Of a stretch of 64,000 nucleotides of DNA, positions 37,601 through 51,544 are shown piece after piece; within the stretch, counting starts at the first letter, position 1; each line of letters begins with the position of its first letter. The stretch is from Proteromonas lacertae (taxonomy: Eukaryota): contig NGBS01001189.1 in the NCBI GenBank assembly GCA_002245135.1, positions 1 through 64,000 on the forward strand, read 5' to 3'. The translations under genes and the position numbers were made by a program. A model generated the notes under the pieces. That model was not told the origin of the DNA. It worked only from the letters and a program-made list of their open reading frames with translations, and did no database searches.

Positions 37601-40600
37601 AATAAATCAAATGGTTCATTAATATCTTGAGTAGCAAATATAGATCTTAATATATCATAAGATACACCAGCTAATGAGCAATTCTGATTTAAAATATGAA
37701 CAAATTTGCTGATAATTGGATCTTCAGAGATATTCTTAGCTCCTCTTCCTTCATCACGAACTATATCACAATATTTCAAATCAATAGTCATTAGAAGATC
37801 TTCTTTATCTATTTGAAATGCTTTACAATGACATGTGAATATGTATAATGTTGATTTGTTTAGTAAGATGTGATATTGTTTGAAACTCTTACTCTTCTCT
37901 ATTTCTACAACATCATCATATGAGTTTGTTAATATATCATATGGTAATCTACATAAATACAAAATAAATATGAATATTATACGGTTTATCTATCAATAAA
38001 GGTTTATACTTCACTGTTTTCTCTAAATTGTATGGAATATCAACTGTTTTACCAGAAAATGATGTTGGATATCTTACAACCAATCTTTTATGTTTTTGAG
38101 ATGGATAATCCCATGAATAATTGTACATAGATAATGGTGATAGTGTATCTATTTCCCAAGGCCATTTATCATTTCCTTTCTGATTGAAAGATATTGTGAA
38201 AGAACAGAAATTCTTGATAATATATGGTGTATTTTCTCTCTTTGGTGGTATAAACAAAACATAAATTGATCCATTATCATTCTGTTTAACAGATATATTC
38301 ACTAATTAAACAAAAGTTAAAGAAAATATATTTCTATTAAAACATTAATAAAAAGGATATTTGTTGTAAATTCTCTTGACAATTTCTTACTCTCATTGGG
38401 AATTCTGCAATTGCATCAATCTCAAAATCACCTGAGAATTGCCATCCACTTTCAGCTATTCTTACTTTGATTGTATGAGGATTTTCTACAAATAGAATAA
38501 CAATAATTATTTATATATACTATCAGTAGACCATTGAAATGGAGCAACGTTTCTTGAACCAACAGGAATCATTGAACTTGTTCCAGATTGAGTTACTATT
38601 ATGTCAGTATCTAATTGATTGTATAGCAAATAGTTATAATGAATTGTAATTATGCTAGTTCTCCAGAATTTACCATGAGCCTATAATAAATAATAGTACT
38701 CTATAGAATAATACACTTGATAATGTAACAACATAATTAGCATTTCTATGTCCTTGTTCTACTTTTGGTACAAGATGAACTGATACTGGTTTGTTCGACT
38801 TTAATTTATTCATATAATTATCAAATGGTTTTGACCATTCACTTGATTCTGAGGCGATTGTTAGAGTTTTGATTGAATGAACAATATGCGGACAAGTATC
38901 TGAAACTAATGGCTGTGCATCAGCATTTTGGTCAAATAATAGACATCTGTGGAATATGTACAAAACTGAAGGTGATTTAGAAGTTATTTTTGTGTCATTT
39001 GGAATTTGAGGAGATGATTCACTTGGAGAAGAAGTGATGAAGAAATCTTCAACATTTATGTAATCATCTATGAATATAGTATAATTGATATAAATAACCA
39101 TACATTTTAGTTTCAATAATGAAGAAAGTATTGTTCCTATTACTGTACCAGAATCAACAGTGTATTGTACAAACTGAGATATATTATCTGGTAATGATAT
39201 TCTAAGTATAATCTGTTCAGATTGTGATGAATCAAAGTATGATGTAGAAGTTGATGTTTTAGGTGATAAAGTTTCAGCCAACAACTATTTCAGTAAATAA
39301 ATATACACAATATTATATACCATATTTGCTTCAGAAGATATATTAAGTATATCATCTTTCTCATAATCATAGAAACTAGACAATTTTGCTTCACTCTTTT
39401 TCTCTTCCTTTATTTTCTTTGATGATTTCAGCAAATCTCTTATTGATAAGTTTGAATTATTATCATCTTCAAACTCACCATCTAACAATGTATTCGATTG
39501 TATTCTTCCTTCAATCCATAATGGAGTATATGAGTTGCTGATTTTGTATAATATTCTAGTGTTTGTATCATTAGTAATCCAATATTGTGTATATAACCTG
39601 ATAAATCTTGATTGTCTTGAAATTGTTATGTCAATTGGTGGTATACTTACTGATGCATTCATCCCTGTACTACATTTACATTCATTCAAATGAATGGATA
39701 AGAATTTCTCTTTCTTTGGATGAGGTTTCTTAGCTTCCATCACACAAATTGGTTTACTCCAAGTATAATTTCTGACTAAAACACTTAGATAAATATCTTG
39801 TTCCAATATATTTGTTCCTGTTAAATATACTGCTTTTCCACTTAGTAAAACACCTCTAGTTATGTGATGATTTGATTTATTTGTTAATGTAAAAGCTATT
39901 GGAATACATAACAAATTTTGAAGAACCATTAGTGGTTGAAATGATATAAAGCAACCAAAAAACTCATTTGATTTTTGAATATCATTGTAATTTACTTCTT
40001 TTGTTTTCTTCAATAACATATTCCTCTTTGTGCAATGGATTTGAGAATACCAAGGTTGTGGTGGAACTGAATCATTTGCTATTTTGTATTTCCTTTTGCA
40101 CTGAACAACTGTTGGAAGTGTTGGAGCATAACTCAAATTATCATCAACATCTCCACCATAATCATCATCTATAAACTGTGGCTTTAATTTGGTTATAACA
40201 TTCGACCATTCACATTCATAAGCAGATAGAATTGGACGAATTTCTATAACATAACCTGGATTTAATACATTAATTGCAATTGGATATGAATCATTTGGTG
40301 GAATTGTATGAACAACAACTTGCTCTATGTATAATATAAATAATAATAAATATACTTTCAACTGAAGTAACTCTCACTTCCAATGGACAATTGAAGTAAT
40401 TCACAAATTGAACGCCAGTCTTTATTCTTACATATTTATTTCCATTTTCTGGTTTTATCTCAGCCATTATGATGATTCTTCTAAGTGAATTGGCTGAACC
40501 AGTTGTTGATGTTCTTAACAGTGGAATTGCATATAAACCAAGTGATGATAATGGAATTGGAGCTGCACATTCCCATTCTGACCTTTTTCCAACAGTCATT

Positions 40601-43600
40601 AAAATACTATTCGATTTTGAGAATCTAATTTCACTATAACTCATTCCTCTACTTCTTCCATTAGTTGCTGGTGTTGTAACATCTGATAGTTTAATTGCAT
40701 ATTCACCATCTTTTGGTATAACAAATTCTGTCTGTTTTCCAGCACTATTGTAATACTTAATATTCACTTGATCTCCTACTTCATTCTTTATAATAAATGG
40801 AGCAACTTGACCTGATCCACTTGTTAATACTCCTGATGTAAATGATTCTTCATTTAATAATATACCAAATGCATGAGTTATATTAACATTGATTGGATTT
40901 GATATATTCACATTACAATACATTCTATGCAAATATAATAATCAAATATATAATTAAATACTTTTCATTCCAACTCCATTCTAAAGCACAAGATACAACA
41001 AATGGTTCTAATAAAGGCTCCCATATATGTTTCTCTAAATTCATATATTCAACATAATCTTTCTGTGTGATTTGTCCTTCTAATTGGCTATGATGAAGAT
41101 GAACTGAACCTTTCATTTCACATAAACAACACTTCAATACGTCTTGTTGAGCAATTGGATTGGTTATTTTAAACTCTATCTGTGGAAATTCTATATAAAC
41201 ATCTCCTACTATATAATCATATGGATATGCTGATGCTGAATGAACAGATCCTGTTTCTGTATAATCATATGTGTTTTTATGTCCACCAGTGTTTGATATT
41301 GCATTTGGAAAAACTAATGAAGTAGTTGTGGTTGTTGTGTCAATTTCATTTTCAAACGATCTATAGAAATTATGATGGTATGAATCACTATTGCTTGATT
41401 CTTTGTCATTTCCTTCAGGAATTAATATCTCTGCTGTACTACTCACTCTTGGTATTGGGGTATGATTACTATTATCATCATCATCTAAGTTTATTCCTTC
41501 CTTCTCCTTCTCCTTCTCCTTCTTCTTTCTTTCTCCTTTCTTCTCCTTCTCCTTCTCTTCTTCTTCTTCTTCTAGTTCTGGAGGAACAACTGGTGTTTGA
41601 ATTATATCACTTGAATCATTGGATATATGTTTAAAAGACAACTAAAATAAAATAATATACATAAATATACTAGATTTGGTGATAAAGCACCAACAGAAGA
41701 ATGAGTAACTTCACTTTCACTTCTATTTGTACGAATTAAAGCTGGATTTGATTCTAATGAATTGGCTCTTCTGTCAGTTCTCTTTTCATAACCTGCAGTT
41801 TGTTTAATTTTTGAGAAAATCTTACCTACAGTTAAATCATATATAATTGGAGCTGTATCAATAACACATAACAAATTAGTTTCTAAAATATGATATAATA
41901 ACAACAAATCCATTGTTGAAACTTGAATTGACCAATTCTCAGCAACAGCTTTAATCAAGAAATGTAAATTTGATTCATTAAATTCACTCTTTTTACTTTC
42001 ACATTGATAAGAAGCTGAAAATTTCCACGCATCAGCAATTGAAACACTACTTTCTACTTCTAAATCTGGTAATGAAGAGAAAAACATATTATTCACTGAG
42101 ACATTTGTACTACTTTTCAAACTACCTGAATTGGCTAATATATCACCTAATTGTGTGTATTCCCATACAATTGATGGTTGAATAACTAATACTCTTGATT
42201 TAATCTCTGATAAATCTTCAAAGAAACAAACTAAACAGTTTTCTAACTCATAATGTAAATAAGTACTTTTAGCTGGAAATACTCTGAATGATGTAGGGAA
42301 TAACACTTCATTTAATGGTTTAAATAGGAAGAACAATGTTTCAACTACTGTATCAGGTAAACCATGAATTTGACATCCATAAACCACTATTTTTGACTTT
42401 CTAATATCAGGATATTCTTGTCTATTTATATAATATTATATTTATTTATATAAGGTTATACGCTCTAAAATAAATACAATCTCTTTTATCACCAACCATA
42501 ACAAATGGTGTTATTATATCATGCCTTATATTTCTATGTTTCTGATCAATCATCTTAAATGCTCTGATTTTCAATTCTAAATCGATTGAAAATCCATTTA
42601 AGAAGCTTAAATCTACTAACATTGAGTTAAATTGGAAACTACAAAGCGGATTATGTGTCTCTGATGTGTAAACTGTGACTTTCATATATTCAAAGTGAAT
42701 TGGCAATCTTAATAAACTTCCATCACATTCAACATCATCTATATCATAAATAAAGATTATGAATTTATATATACCAACACTATCAGTTGATGATTTAGGA
42801 GTAGATCCTGTAGAATTTGCTTCACTATCATTCTTCTTTTCATTTTCATACTTATGAACTTTATTACATCTAAAACATCTCAAATCATCATCTTTTCTTA
42901 ACAATACAGTAGGTCTTTCCCAACAATTCTCAGCTATTAAGAAGATAAAACATTTATAAACATCTTCAGTTATTCGAAGAGATATTGATGAGATTTTTAA
43001 TGATATAAGTGATGGAGTTAACTTGTGTAATTTTGGTCTTTGATTATTATATACCATACTCACTCTTCTTCTGATACTTCTTCTTCCTTTTCTTGATTTG
43101 GTTTGAGTAAATGATCCTTTCATCTAATATTAAATATAACAATAAGCGATACATGATAAGATGAAGCTATTGGCAAAGGCATTGGGAATTCCAATGTGTC
43201 TTCCACAGTTGAATGTCTTCTTCTATTGGTTAATGATGATAAGTCTTCTTCAGTCAACTCTTGATTCATATAATCATCAGGATTCTCAGATATATTGTTA
43301 TTCTCAACTCTATTAATATGATGATAACAGATGAATATACAAAGTTGGCATATAACTTGAAACTAAGCTAATATCTAATGGTAAATCAGCTGGAACATGT
43401 TTATCTAAATCCTCCAATTCATCATCATTGAATGTATCTAACATTAAGCAATGTCTATAAAACAAATTACAGTCAAATCTGTTTGAGACTTGAGTTTTAC
43501 TGATTAGATCATAAGCAATCAAATTCGATGCTTCTAGATACAAACGACTAATATTAATATTATCAAATTCTTCAACAGCTTGAAAGTAAGCCAAGTGGCT

Positions 43601-46600
43601 ATTGAATTTCTTCCATTTCTCATTATATATTCCTTTCTTTTTTACTAAATCTCTTTCAAACAAGAATAAATTGGATGTAATAAAAGTTGTGATTGAATTA
43701 CTTACCTTATTGCAAGTCCAACATCTTGCTTGAGGGCAAGTAATAATAAATCCATTATCACTTAACGAACTTTGTAATAATTCAATGATTGTATCTTTAG
43801 CAATGAATTGTAAGAATGGTAAACCAATCTCATTGTCTTTTGAAGCATTTAAATAGATTGAAAATACATCAGCAACTATATGAAATGAATAAAAACACAA
43901 TATTTCTATATATACATTCTTCAAAATGATAGAAATTATCACACAGAACTTGATCAAAATATAATGAAACTGATCTTGAATGTAACAATGGTTGAATCCA
44001 TGATAATACTCCATCACAAATATATAACAACAAAGTTCTGACATTTCTAATAAGTATGGTTAGTTTACATCCACTGATTCTTGCACTCCATTCACTACTA
44101 CTAACTTGATCATAATTATCAGCATGTTTGCATTTGTTGGAGATATAAAATGTTATTAAATTACTATCTGATTCTTCATTTGGTTTTAATATAGCTACAT
44201 AAATATAAAAATAAGAGAATTATACATGGATGAATCTTTCCATCTTCAGTAACATCAGATATAAACACCTTATCAACATCACCTTTAATATCAAACGAAT
44301 AACACTCATCACAGTGAGTATGATAATCATAAAAGAATATTAAAACATGGAAATAAGACATTTGAATATTAAATATATTCATATCTTCAAATTGTAAGTT
44401 TAAATCTATTTCTTCAGTTCTTAACTGTAATTCTGTATGAACTAATTCTCTTTTTCTTGTATTGTCTAAGTTATTCGGTATTCTAGGTAATAGTCTTGTA
44501 CCTGGATCAACACTTACTAATGGTGCATAATTCAATACATCAATGAAGTGAGAAACAAGTAATATCAAAGGCAGTGGAGATTCTATTACAATAATAAAGA
44601 TTGATGATTATACTATAATCAAATCCAATTGCACATTTTCCAACTACGATTGTCAATTGATTCAAATTGCCACAAGATAGTCTTTTATCACCAAGTCTAT
44701 ATATTTTAAACAATAACAATAATAGTTATACTCCAATAAATCTCTTGGTCTATTTACATATTGGAAGTTAAAATGGTTACTATCATGAGGTGGATCAACA
44801 TGAACTAATACTGTACTTTCTCCACTAGTTGCTTGATTTGAAGAAAGATCTAATGAATGTAATAAAAACTGTAAATCATATATCAATGAGCAGATTTTGA
44901 ATGAACCATTCACATCCACTATATGAATTGAATAACCATATTCCTCAACAATTGATGCAGATAATTCATTATCAATACAATAATAATCAGGTTCAATATT
45001 CAATACAAAATCATTCACTTTTAAATTCACAGTAAAATAACATGAGAATGAATTATCATCAAATAATTTGGTATATTTTGTTGGATTTTTATTATAACCA
45101 CAAAATATTAACCACATTCCAATCAGAAATCCAACATCGATAATCTGTTTTCCATCTGTGTTTAAAACACAACCATTTGTAACTTCAACAAATACATTGA
45201 AATAACCATATTCTGTAGAGGATGGAACAAATAATTGATGATTACAAGGAGCAGGACAATCACACTCAGAATGATAAGCATGATGACAAATTGGATCTAA
45301 ATTAATACCAAGTGCAAATTGTATTTTGGTCAATTCAATCATTGGCTGTATTGCATCATCAAACCCAAATTCTATACTGGAGATAAATGTGTGTAAGAAT
45401 AAATCAAATGGATTAACTTGTAGTAAATCAGTGAAATATGGATCTAAATTAGTAGTTAGAGAATTCACACTTAAAAAATTAAGCTAAATAATAAAATATA
45501 ATGAAATATACTCCTATTGCTTTGAAATACAATTTCTTTGACTGAGTATAAGGATTTAATGGAACTTCAGCTTGATATTTAGAAACTGTAATAGGTATTG
45601 ATATAGATAAAATATGATTAACACTGTCTCTACTACTACTAAACATTGATGAAGAAATAGTATTAACAAACTGAATAACACTTCCAATAATATTGGAAAA
45701 TACAATAACACTTGGTTTAAAACATTGCTTCTCTAACAACATAGTTACGTTTTGAATATTTACACTACCATTTACTATTTATAAACATAAATAAATATAA
45801 TTATAATATACAATTCCTTTGTTGATAATCCAACGTTACATGAAATGGTTTTAGTTTTTCATTATCTGAGTCAATAATGAGGAATTTCTCAATCCCATCT
45901 GTTATATTGTTAATGAAGTATAATTCATTCAAATATAGCTTAAACGACAATGCATAAGCTTGAGATAATAATGAGATATGAATCTCATCTAAATTGATTG
46001 TTGATAATAACGAAACACTATATATAGAATAATAGTAATAATGCCAATACTTTTTATCTTCATAACAAGTTGGTCCAATCATTTCTAACTGTAATTTATG
46101 AATATCAAATTGAATATCAATTGATAATGAGAATATATGAACAATAAATGCTTGTATAGGAGAATCTAAAAAGAGAATATTCTAGAATTCATACCAGCTA
46201 CATCTCTCGACAAAGATGTAAGAATAGTTGAAAGCATATTGAATATAGTTTGAAGCATTTCTGGTCTTAATACAATTACCAATGGAGAATTAAAATTGAG
46301 TGAAATAACAATATTTGCTGATGATAATATATGCTCTCTTAGATATAAGAACTATTGAGAATTATATATAGATATATTAAAATAAAACTATACATTTATA
46401 TCAAGATCGAATGGTTTGATAACAGGATATAATATATCTCTACTTGGATATTGATAGGATATAGATAGATCTCTTATTGATATATATTTCTGTATTCTTT
46501 GCACTGCAAATGGAGTTGGTTGGTTTAAATTAGAGATTAATAAATAAGGTATTTGAATGATTATAACTGAAGATGTTTCTTCTTCTTTGTCTGTTATTTG

Positions 46601-47142
46601 GATAGTTAAATTAGTTAAACGTAAATAGACATGTTGGATATAATAGGAGATACTCAAAAAGAATAACTTAGTAAAAAACCTCACTATTGGATTTGTTGAA
46701 AATATGAAATACTGTATGAACTTCTGCTTTACTATGTAATAAATAAGATAATAACTCTTATACTTGATGTAGGGCCTTCTTCTGAAGCATGATACTCGAT
46801 TTTTAACCCATCTAAAGCAACTAAAAACTGTCCAAACAATAAAAACTGTGGAAGGATTAACTTAAACTCCTCTATGTAAATTAGCTTAATACTGACAGGT
46901 AGATGAATGTAGTTAATAATATTTTGTTTAATCTTGAACTTTCTTATGACTATACTCCTCTGCTCAATAGTAATAACTATATCTTCTTCCTATAAATATA
47001 AAATAATATAAATACCTTTGATATCAAAGAAGTATGAGAGTAGATAAAATAAGAATTTTTGTATTAATGAGTTTATAAGTATTCCATGTCTCGCTAAGAT
47101 TAATATTATTGATAAAAATCCACAAACAACAAGAAGAAACAT
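34686..47142 (-). CDS. VPS13: VPS13-family bridge-like lipid transfer protein (many exons)
   Basis: WEPLLEPF, APFIIKN, VAB repeats, PYIIKN..YSWDYP, IGSLDFLGNP, ATG2_C-like 'GISGIVYDPYKGAKKHGVTGFAKG..GVGIKPVVGVLD', 'IRLPR', PH-like ends. Confidence 0.88.
38306..38360 (-). other. Minor-type AT-AA intron, 55 nt
   Basis: CAA|ATATCCTTTT (textbook U12 donor)...TTCTTTAAC (U12 branch)...TTTAA|TTA GTG gives ENLQQ-LVNISVK. Confidence 0.8.
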
Positions 47143-47203
47143 AAGAAATTAATAAATAAAGTTAGATTTGAAACGATTAATTTTTCAGCAACATTCCCAA
47201 AAA

Positions 47204-50107
47204 ATGAGTTTAGAGAAAAGAAAGCATCTTGCTGAAAAATTGAAGAGGAATGAGGTTTTTACAATCATGCTTTTATTATTTGTTATACTAAGATCAGTTT
47301 TAATAAGCAAAAGCTATGATCCTTTTAAAACCAGATATTCCAAAAGAAGTGGGGTATCGATAATGCAATATACCAAGAATTTTAACTATCCTAGATTTCC
47401 CTTAAAAAATCCAAACTGGGAAAGAATGACTTTAGAAATAGAAAAACAGTTCCGTTCATTGAGAACTAAGTCAAGAGGTTTTAAGTATGTGAATGAATTC
47501 TATTGGGAACGTGTAGGATACAACAGTTCAGGATATAAACCTAAAAGCAAAATTACACCTGCTCAAATCAATGAAATAATCGATGTAGGTGGTTACATTG
47601 CAAGAATTGTCCCAAAAGAAATAGAAGATAGAGATAATACTTCAACACTCTGTTTTGTCGGTCATTTAGACTCTCATTACAATACAGTTGGTTTTAGTGA
47701 TAATTTATTAGCAGTCGCACAGAATATGTTATTATTAACTGATTTATTAAATTATACTGAATTACATACTCCATTAACTGTAATTCTCACAGAATCAGAA
47801 GAACAATCCTTAAATTCAATTTGGGGATTAGCCGAAAATGCAAATGTTCAAAAATGTGGTTTATCCATTGTTCTAGAAGGAATGGGTTGTGCAAAATCAA
47901 AACCAATTTTAACAGGTGCAAAATATTCAGGAAAAATAATGGAATTAGCCTTTAAGAATCATTTTGATAGTATTCGATCAGGTGTACACTCATATTTACT
48001 CTCTACACCAGTAATAATAGATATAGCTCGATTTACACATGGTAGTTCATTCACTGAATCGTATGTATTAGGTGATAAACAAATAGGAACATGTGGTGAA
48101 GTATGTAATGCCAATTCAAAGAGATTAAGTAATATATTGGAGTTTGTATATGCTGATGAGACATTTAAATATCATACACATTATGATAATGAAGATTGTG
48201 TTGAAGAAGGTGCAGTGAAAGCGAGATATGATATGATAATCGATATAGCTCAAAGAATAGGTAAAATGGATAATGATGAGTATAAGAGTTATATAAATAA
48301 CAGTGATATAGGAGTAGAATTGACATTTGTGTTGGATAAATGGTCAATATTTATGAATTCTAATACTGCTCAATATTTAGTAGTTTTTAATATTGTTGTA
48401 CCAATTGTTATTATGTTAATTGTTCACTTTATGCCTCCCCAAGAAAGTCCTCCCGGTTTTACAAGAGTAAGTTCAGAAAGAAGTGTTAAAAAGAGAAAAT
48501 TGGCAAAGAAAGAGAAGAAAGAAGGAAAGAACAATAATAATAACAGCAATTTAAGAAATAGAAAAACTGGTAAATCAACAAATAATGATAAAGTAGAAGA
48601 AGAAGAAGAAGAAACAGAAGGAGATAATATAAGTGAAGATGAAGAAGATATTGATGATGATGAAATTGTACAAATTACGCATTTCACATTTCTAGAGACA
48701 ATCAGTCAATATACTACCTTCATATGTGGTTATGTTGTTGCTTATTTTGTATTAGTTGGTATTTACTTTATTTGGTTTAAATTAGACCCAATGCAAACTA
48801 TGAAAGCTCCTGTTTCTCTAGCAACATTGTTATTCATATTACCGCCAGTGTTTGTATTATCATTAACCTATAAATTAGTTCATTTTCAAGATTTATCACA
48901 TATCAATTTAGATATAATAACTTATGTAGATGAAACTGAATATATATCGATGATATTTGAAACTTCTGGAATTATAGGAGGTATTTTATGGTATTTTAAG
49001 TTTTACACAAGTAGTTTAATTATTCTACCAACAACTATGTTATGTGTATTATATGCTACTTATGTTCTATCACCAGTGTTTCCATATTTTCTTTTTCATT
49101 TAGTTGGCTTATTATATACTTCTGCTAATTTATATACCATTATCCCTTGCTTTTTACCATTATTTGTTCAGTATCCTAGAGATAGAATGATTACTCTTAT
49201 ATTCTTATATCCTGTCTTGGGATTTATTGCTTTTGGACCTTTATTTATGGGATTGTTATTGAAGAAATCACCACCATCATACAAAGATAGAACTCCCTAT
49301 TGGAAAATCAATTTGAGAAGGTTTATGCCTGGAAAAATATTGTGTGTTATTTACATTTTGTTGGTTGTTTTTACATACTTTTTACCTTCATTTACTAAGG
49401 ATCATCCATTCGCTATTCAACCTTCACTACATAGGATTATTGATGTTAATAAAACTACAGACAAGATGGGATTATATATAATATCAGCATCAGTAAAACA
49501 AATCGAGTATCTATCTGTTTTAGATAAATTTAAGAATCAATATATTGATGATAAATTAGGTATTTATATTGATGATTTAGTATATACACCAAAATGTGAA
49601 TTTGATGAATATAATCATGGTTGCTATGAAGTTATATTAAAACAAAAGAATGAATTATATGAATTGAATTTTGAACCTCAATACTATGATGATGTTCAAC
49701 TTAAATTGAATACTCATACAGTAATAAACTCAAGATCAATTGCCATATTTCATTTGGTAATATATGCTAATAATATGAATATAACTGGTTCTAAAATTAC
49801 TCAATTATATATTAATTCTTATGAAGATATACAAGTTTCTGTTGTGAATAGTTATAATAGAAGAGAGTATTATGGTAAAGAAATATCCATATTGCTTCAA
49901 TCATTCTTATCTCATCATTTAATTGAAATTCAGATTATGAGTAGACATGGCATTTATGTTAATTTTACTTTGAAAGATGTTCTTAGACATAATACAGAGA
50001 TTATTGATAAAATGGTAAATTCTTTTGGGAAATCTGTTGCTTTATTTGGTAAGTCAAGTTACATTGGTCCTCAAGCAATAATTAAGAAAATTAAATATTC
50101 TTTGTAG
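47204..50107 (+). CDS. M28 family membrane metallopeptidase, ERMP1/Pff1-like
   Basis: GHLDS, GFSDN, ESEE, LEGMG, YHT.YD, followed by multiple TM helices; intronless. Confidence 0.85.
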   Translation: MSLEKRKHLAEKLKRNEVFTIMLLLFVILRSVLISKSYDPFKTRYSKRSGVSIMQYTKNFNYPRFPLKNPNWERMTLEIEKQFRSLRTKSRGFKYVNEFYWERVGYNSSGYKPKSKITPAQINEIIDVGGYIARIVPKEIEDRDNTSTLCFVGHLDSHYNTVGFSDNLLAVAQNMLLLTDLLNYTELHTPLTVILTESEEQSLNSIWGLAENANVQKCGLSIVLEGMGCAKSKPILTGAKYSGKIMELAFKNHFDSIRSGVHSYLLSTPVIIDIARFTHGSSFTESYVLGDKQIGTCGEVCNANSKRLSNILEFVYADETFKYHTHYDNEDCVEEGAVKARYDMIIDIAQRIGKMDNDEYKSYINNSDIGVELTFVLDKWSIFMNSNTAQYLVVFNIVVPIVIMLIVHFMPPQESPPGFTRVSSERSVKKRKLAKKEKKEGKNNNNNSNLRNRKTGKSTNNDKVEEEEEETEGDNISEDEEDIDDDEIVQITHFTFLETISQYTTFICGYVVAYFVLVGIYFIWFKLDPMQTMKAPVSLATLLFILPPVFVLSLTYKLVHFQDLSHINLDIITYVDETEYISMIFETSGIIGGILWYFKFYTSSLIILPTTMLCVLYATYVLSPVFPYFLFHLVGLLYTSANLYTIIPCFLPLFVQYPRDRMITLIFLYPVLGFIAFGPLFMGLLLKKSPPSYKDRTPYWKINLRRFMPGKILCVIYILLVVFTYFLPSFTKDHPFAIQPSLHRIIDVNKTTDKMGLYIISASVKQIEYLSVLDKFKNQYIDDKLGIYIDDLVYTPKCEFDEYNHGCYEVILKQKNELYELNFEPQYYDDVQLKLNTHTVINSRSIAIFHLVIYANNMNITGSKITQLYINSYEDIQVSVVNSYNRREYYGKEISILLQSFLSHHLIEIQIMSRHGIYVNFTLKDVLRHNTEIIDKMVNSFGKSVALFGKSSYIGPQAIIKKIKYSL

Positions 50108-50182
50108 TTGAATTGATTATTTTTTTTAAATAATTTTATTTACCTACAATATATAATAAAAACAACAAGTAGGATTATAAAA

Positions 50183-50763
50183 TTATATTTGCATTGAACT
50201 AAATCTTATAAGTATACCACCAATTAAGATTAAAAATGTTTGAATGATTAAAGCAACTCCAGGATATACACCTTCCACTGGTTCATTTTTGATATATTGT
50301 GCAACTAGTATAGCAATACTTCCTCCAATGGCAATAAACAATAATAAAATGGAAGAAATAACAACACATCTATTAAACAACAACAAGTTATAGATTTATT
50401 ATACTGAGCTTTTGCAACAACAGATTTATCGCCATATGAACTTACTGCAACTGGAGTAATAGCTCTCCACTCAAAAGAGTTTAATCTATTTTATAACACT
50501 GCAAATAAAATACAACAATAATCCAAAAGAAGCTAATACACCCATAAGCCAACTATAAGTCACAACATCACTTGTTTTATTCCCAATAAGTACATTAAGG
50601 AATTAGTTACTATAATATTTAAAAATGATATTCTTTAGTTTGAGCCCAAATCACAGAATCTATATAAACATACCATCCAACACCAACCTAAAAGTATAAA
50701 AAGTTGTATAAATACCAGCAGTCCTGCTAATAAACTCACCTGTTTAGAGTGTTTAAGAGACAT
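50183..50763 (-). CDS. TMEM50/Vps68 family membrane protein (spliced)
   Basis: AGLLVGVGWYVYIDS, GVLASFGLLLLNS, YPGVALIIQTFLI; four TM segments. Confidence 0.8.
50586..50631 (-). other. Minor-type intron, apparently AT-AT, 46 nt
   Basis: GA|ATATCATTT...TTCCTTAAT GTACTTAT|T GGG. Splicing to the AC gives a stop two codons later. Confidence 0.65.
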
Positions 50764-51544
50764 ATTTTCCTGTGAATATTATAAAAACACGAATACATTA
50801 GAAAACATGGTTTGACAATTAAAAAAAGTGAAAAAAAGCTTGAATGGTTTGAATGTATATTTTGTGTAAGATATGAAATTAATAACATTATTTACTGTGT
50901 CTTTAGTTATAAGACGAAAGAATGTATTTAATCTGTTTTTATCATAAGAAAATGAAATGAATTTTTATCTTTAACTCTTAACACAACACATATTGTAAAA
51001 TCATTAGTGTATTTAATTATTACATCTTTCAGCTTTTTATATTTCATCCTTACAACCTTCTTTTTAATGTGTTTTTATCCGTTTCATTATTTAAACACAG
51101 CTTTTATGTGTTAATAAAATATTCAATAAGATTTTTATCAGCATAAAAATAAAATGACAACTATTTTAAATATGAATTTAAAAAGAAATAATGATTTCTT
51201 CCCAAGAATTTACATTTTCTAAATTATACATGATAATCAACAAAAACACATATATTTTCATGCATAAATCACATCAAAACATTATTCAATTATAATATCA
51301 TAATTATTGAATAACTGTTTAATTATTAAATATTGATACTATTTTCATTCATACATAGGTTAATGACTCCAATAGTCACTAAAAACAATATGAATTACTT
51401 ACGTAAACTCTTTAGTTAAAGAGATATCACCATAATTTGAAGAAGCTTGGCTTGTGTTTATAAGTGTTTTTTAAAAGTGTTTTTAAACGTCTCACGCTGC
51501 TTATTTAAATTCTAGACATATTCAAACTGGAAGCTCAACCTAAA

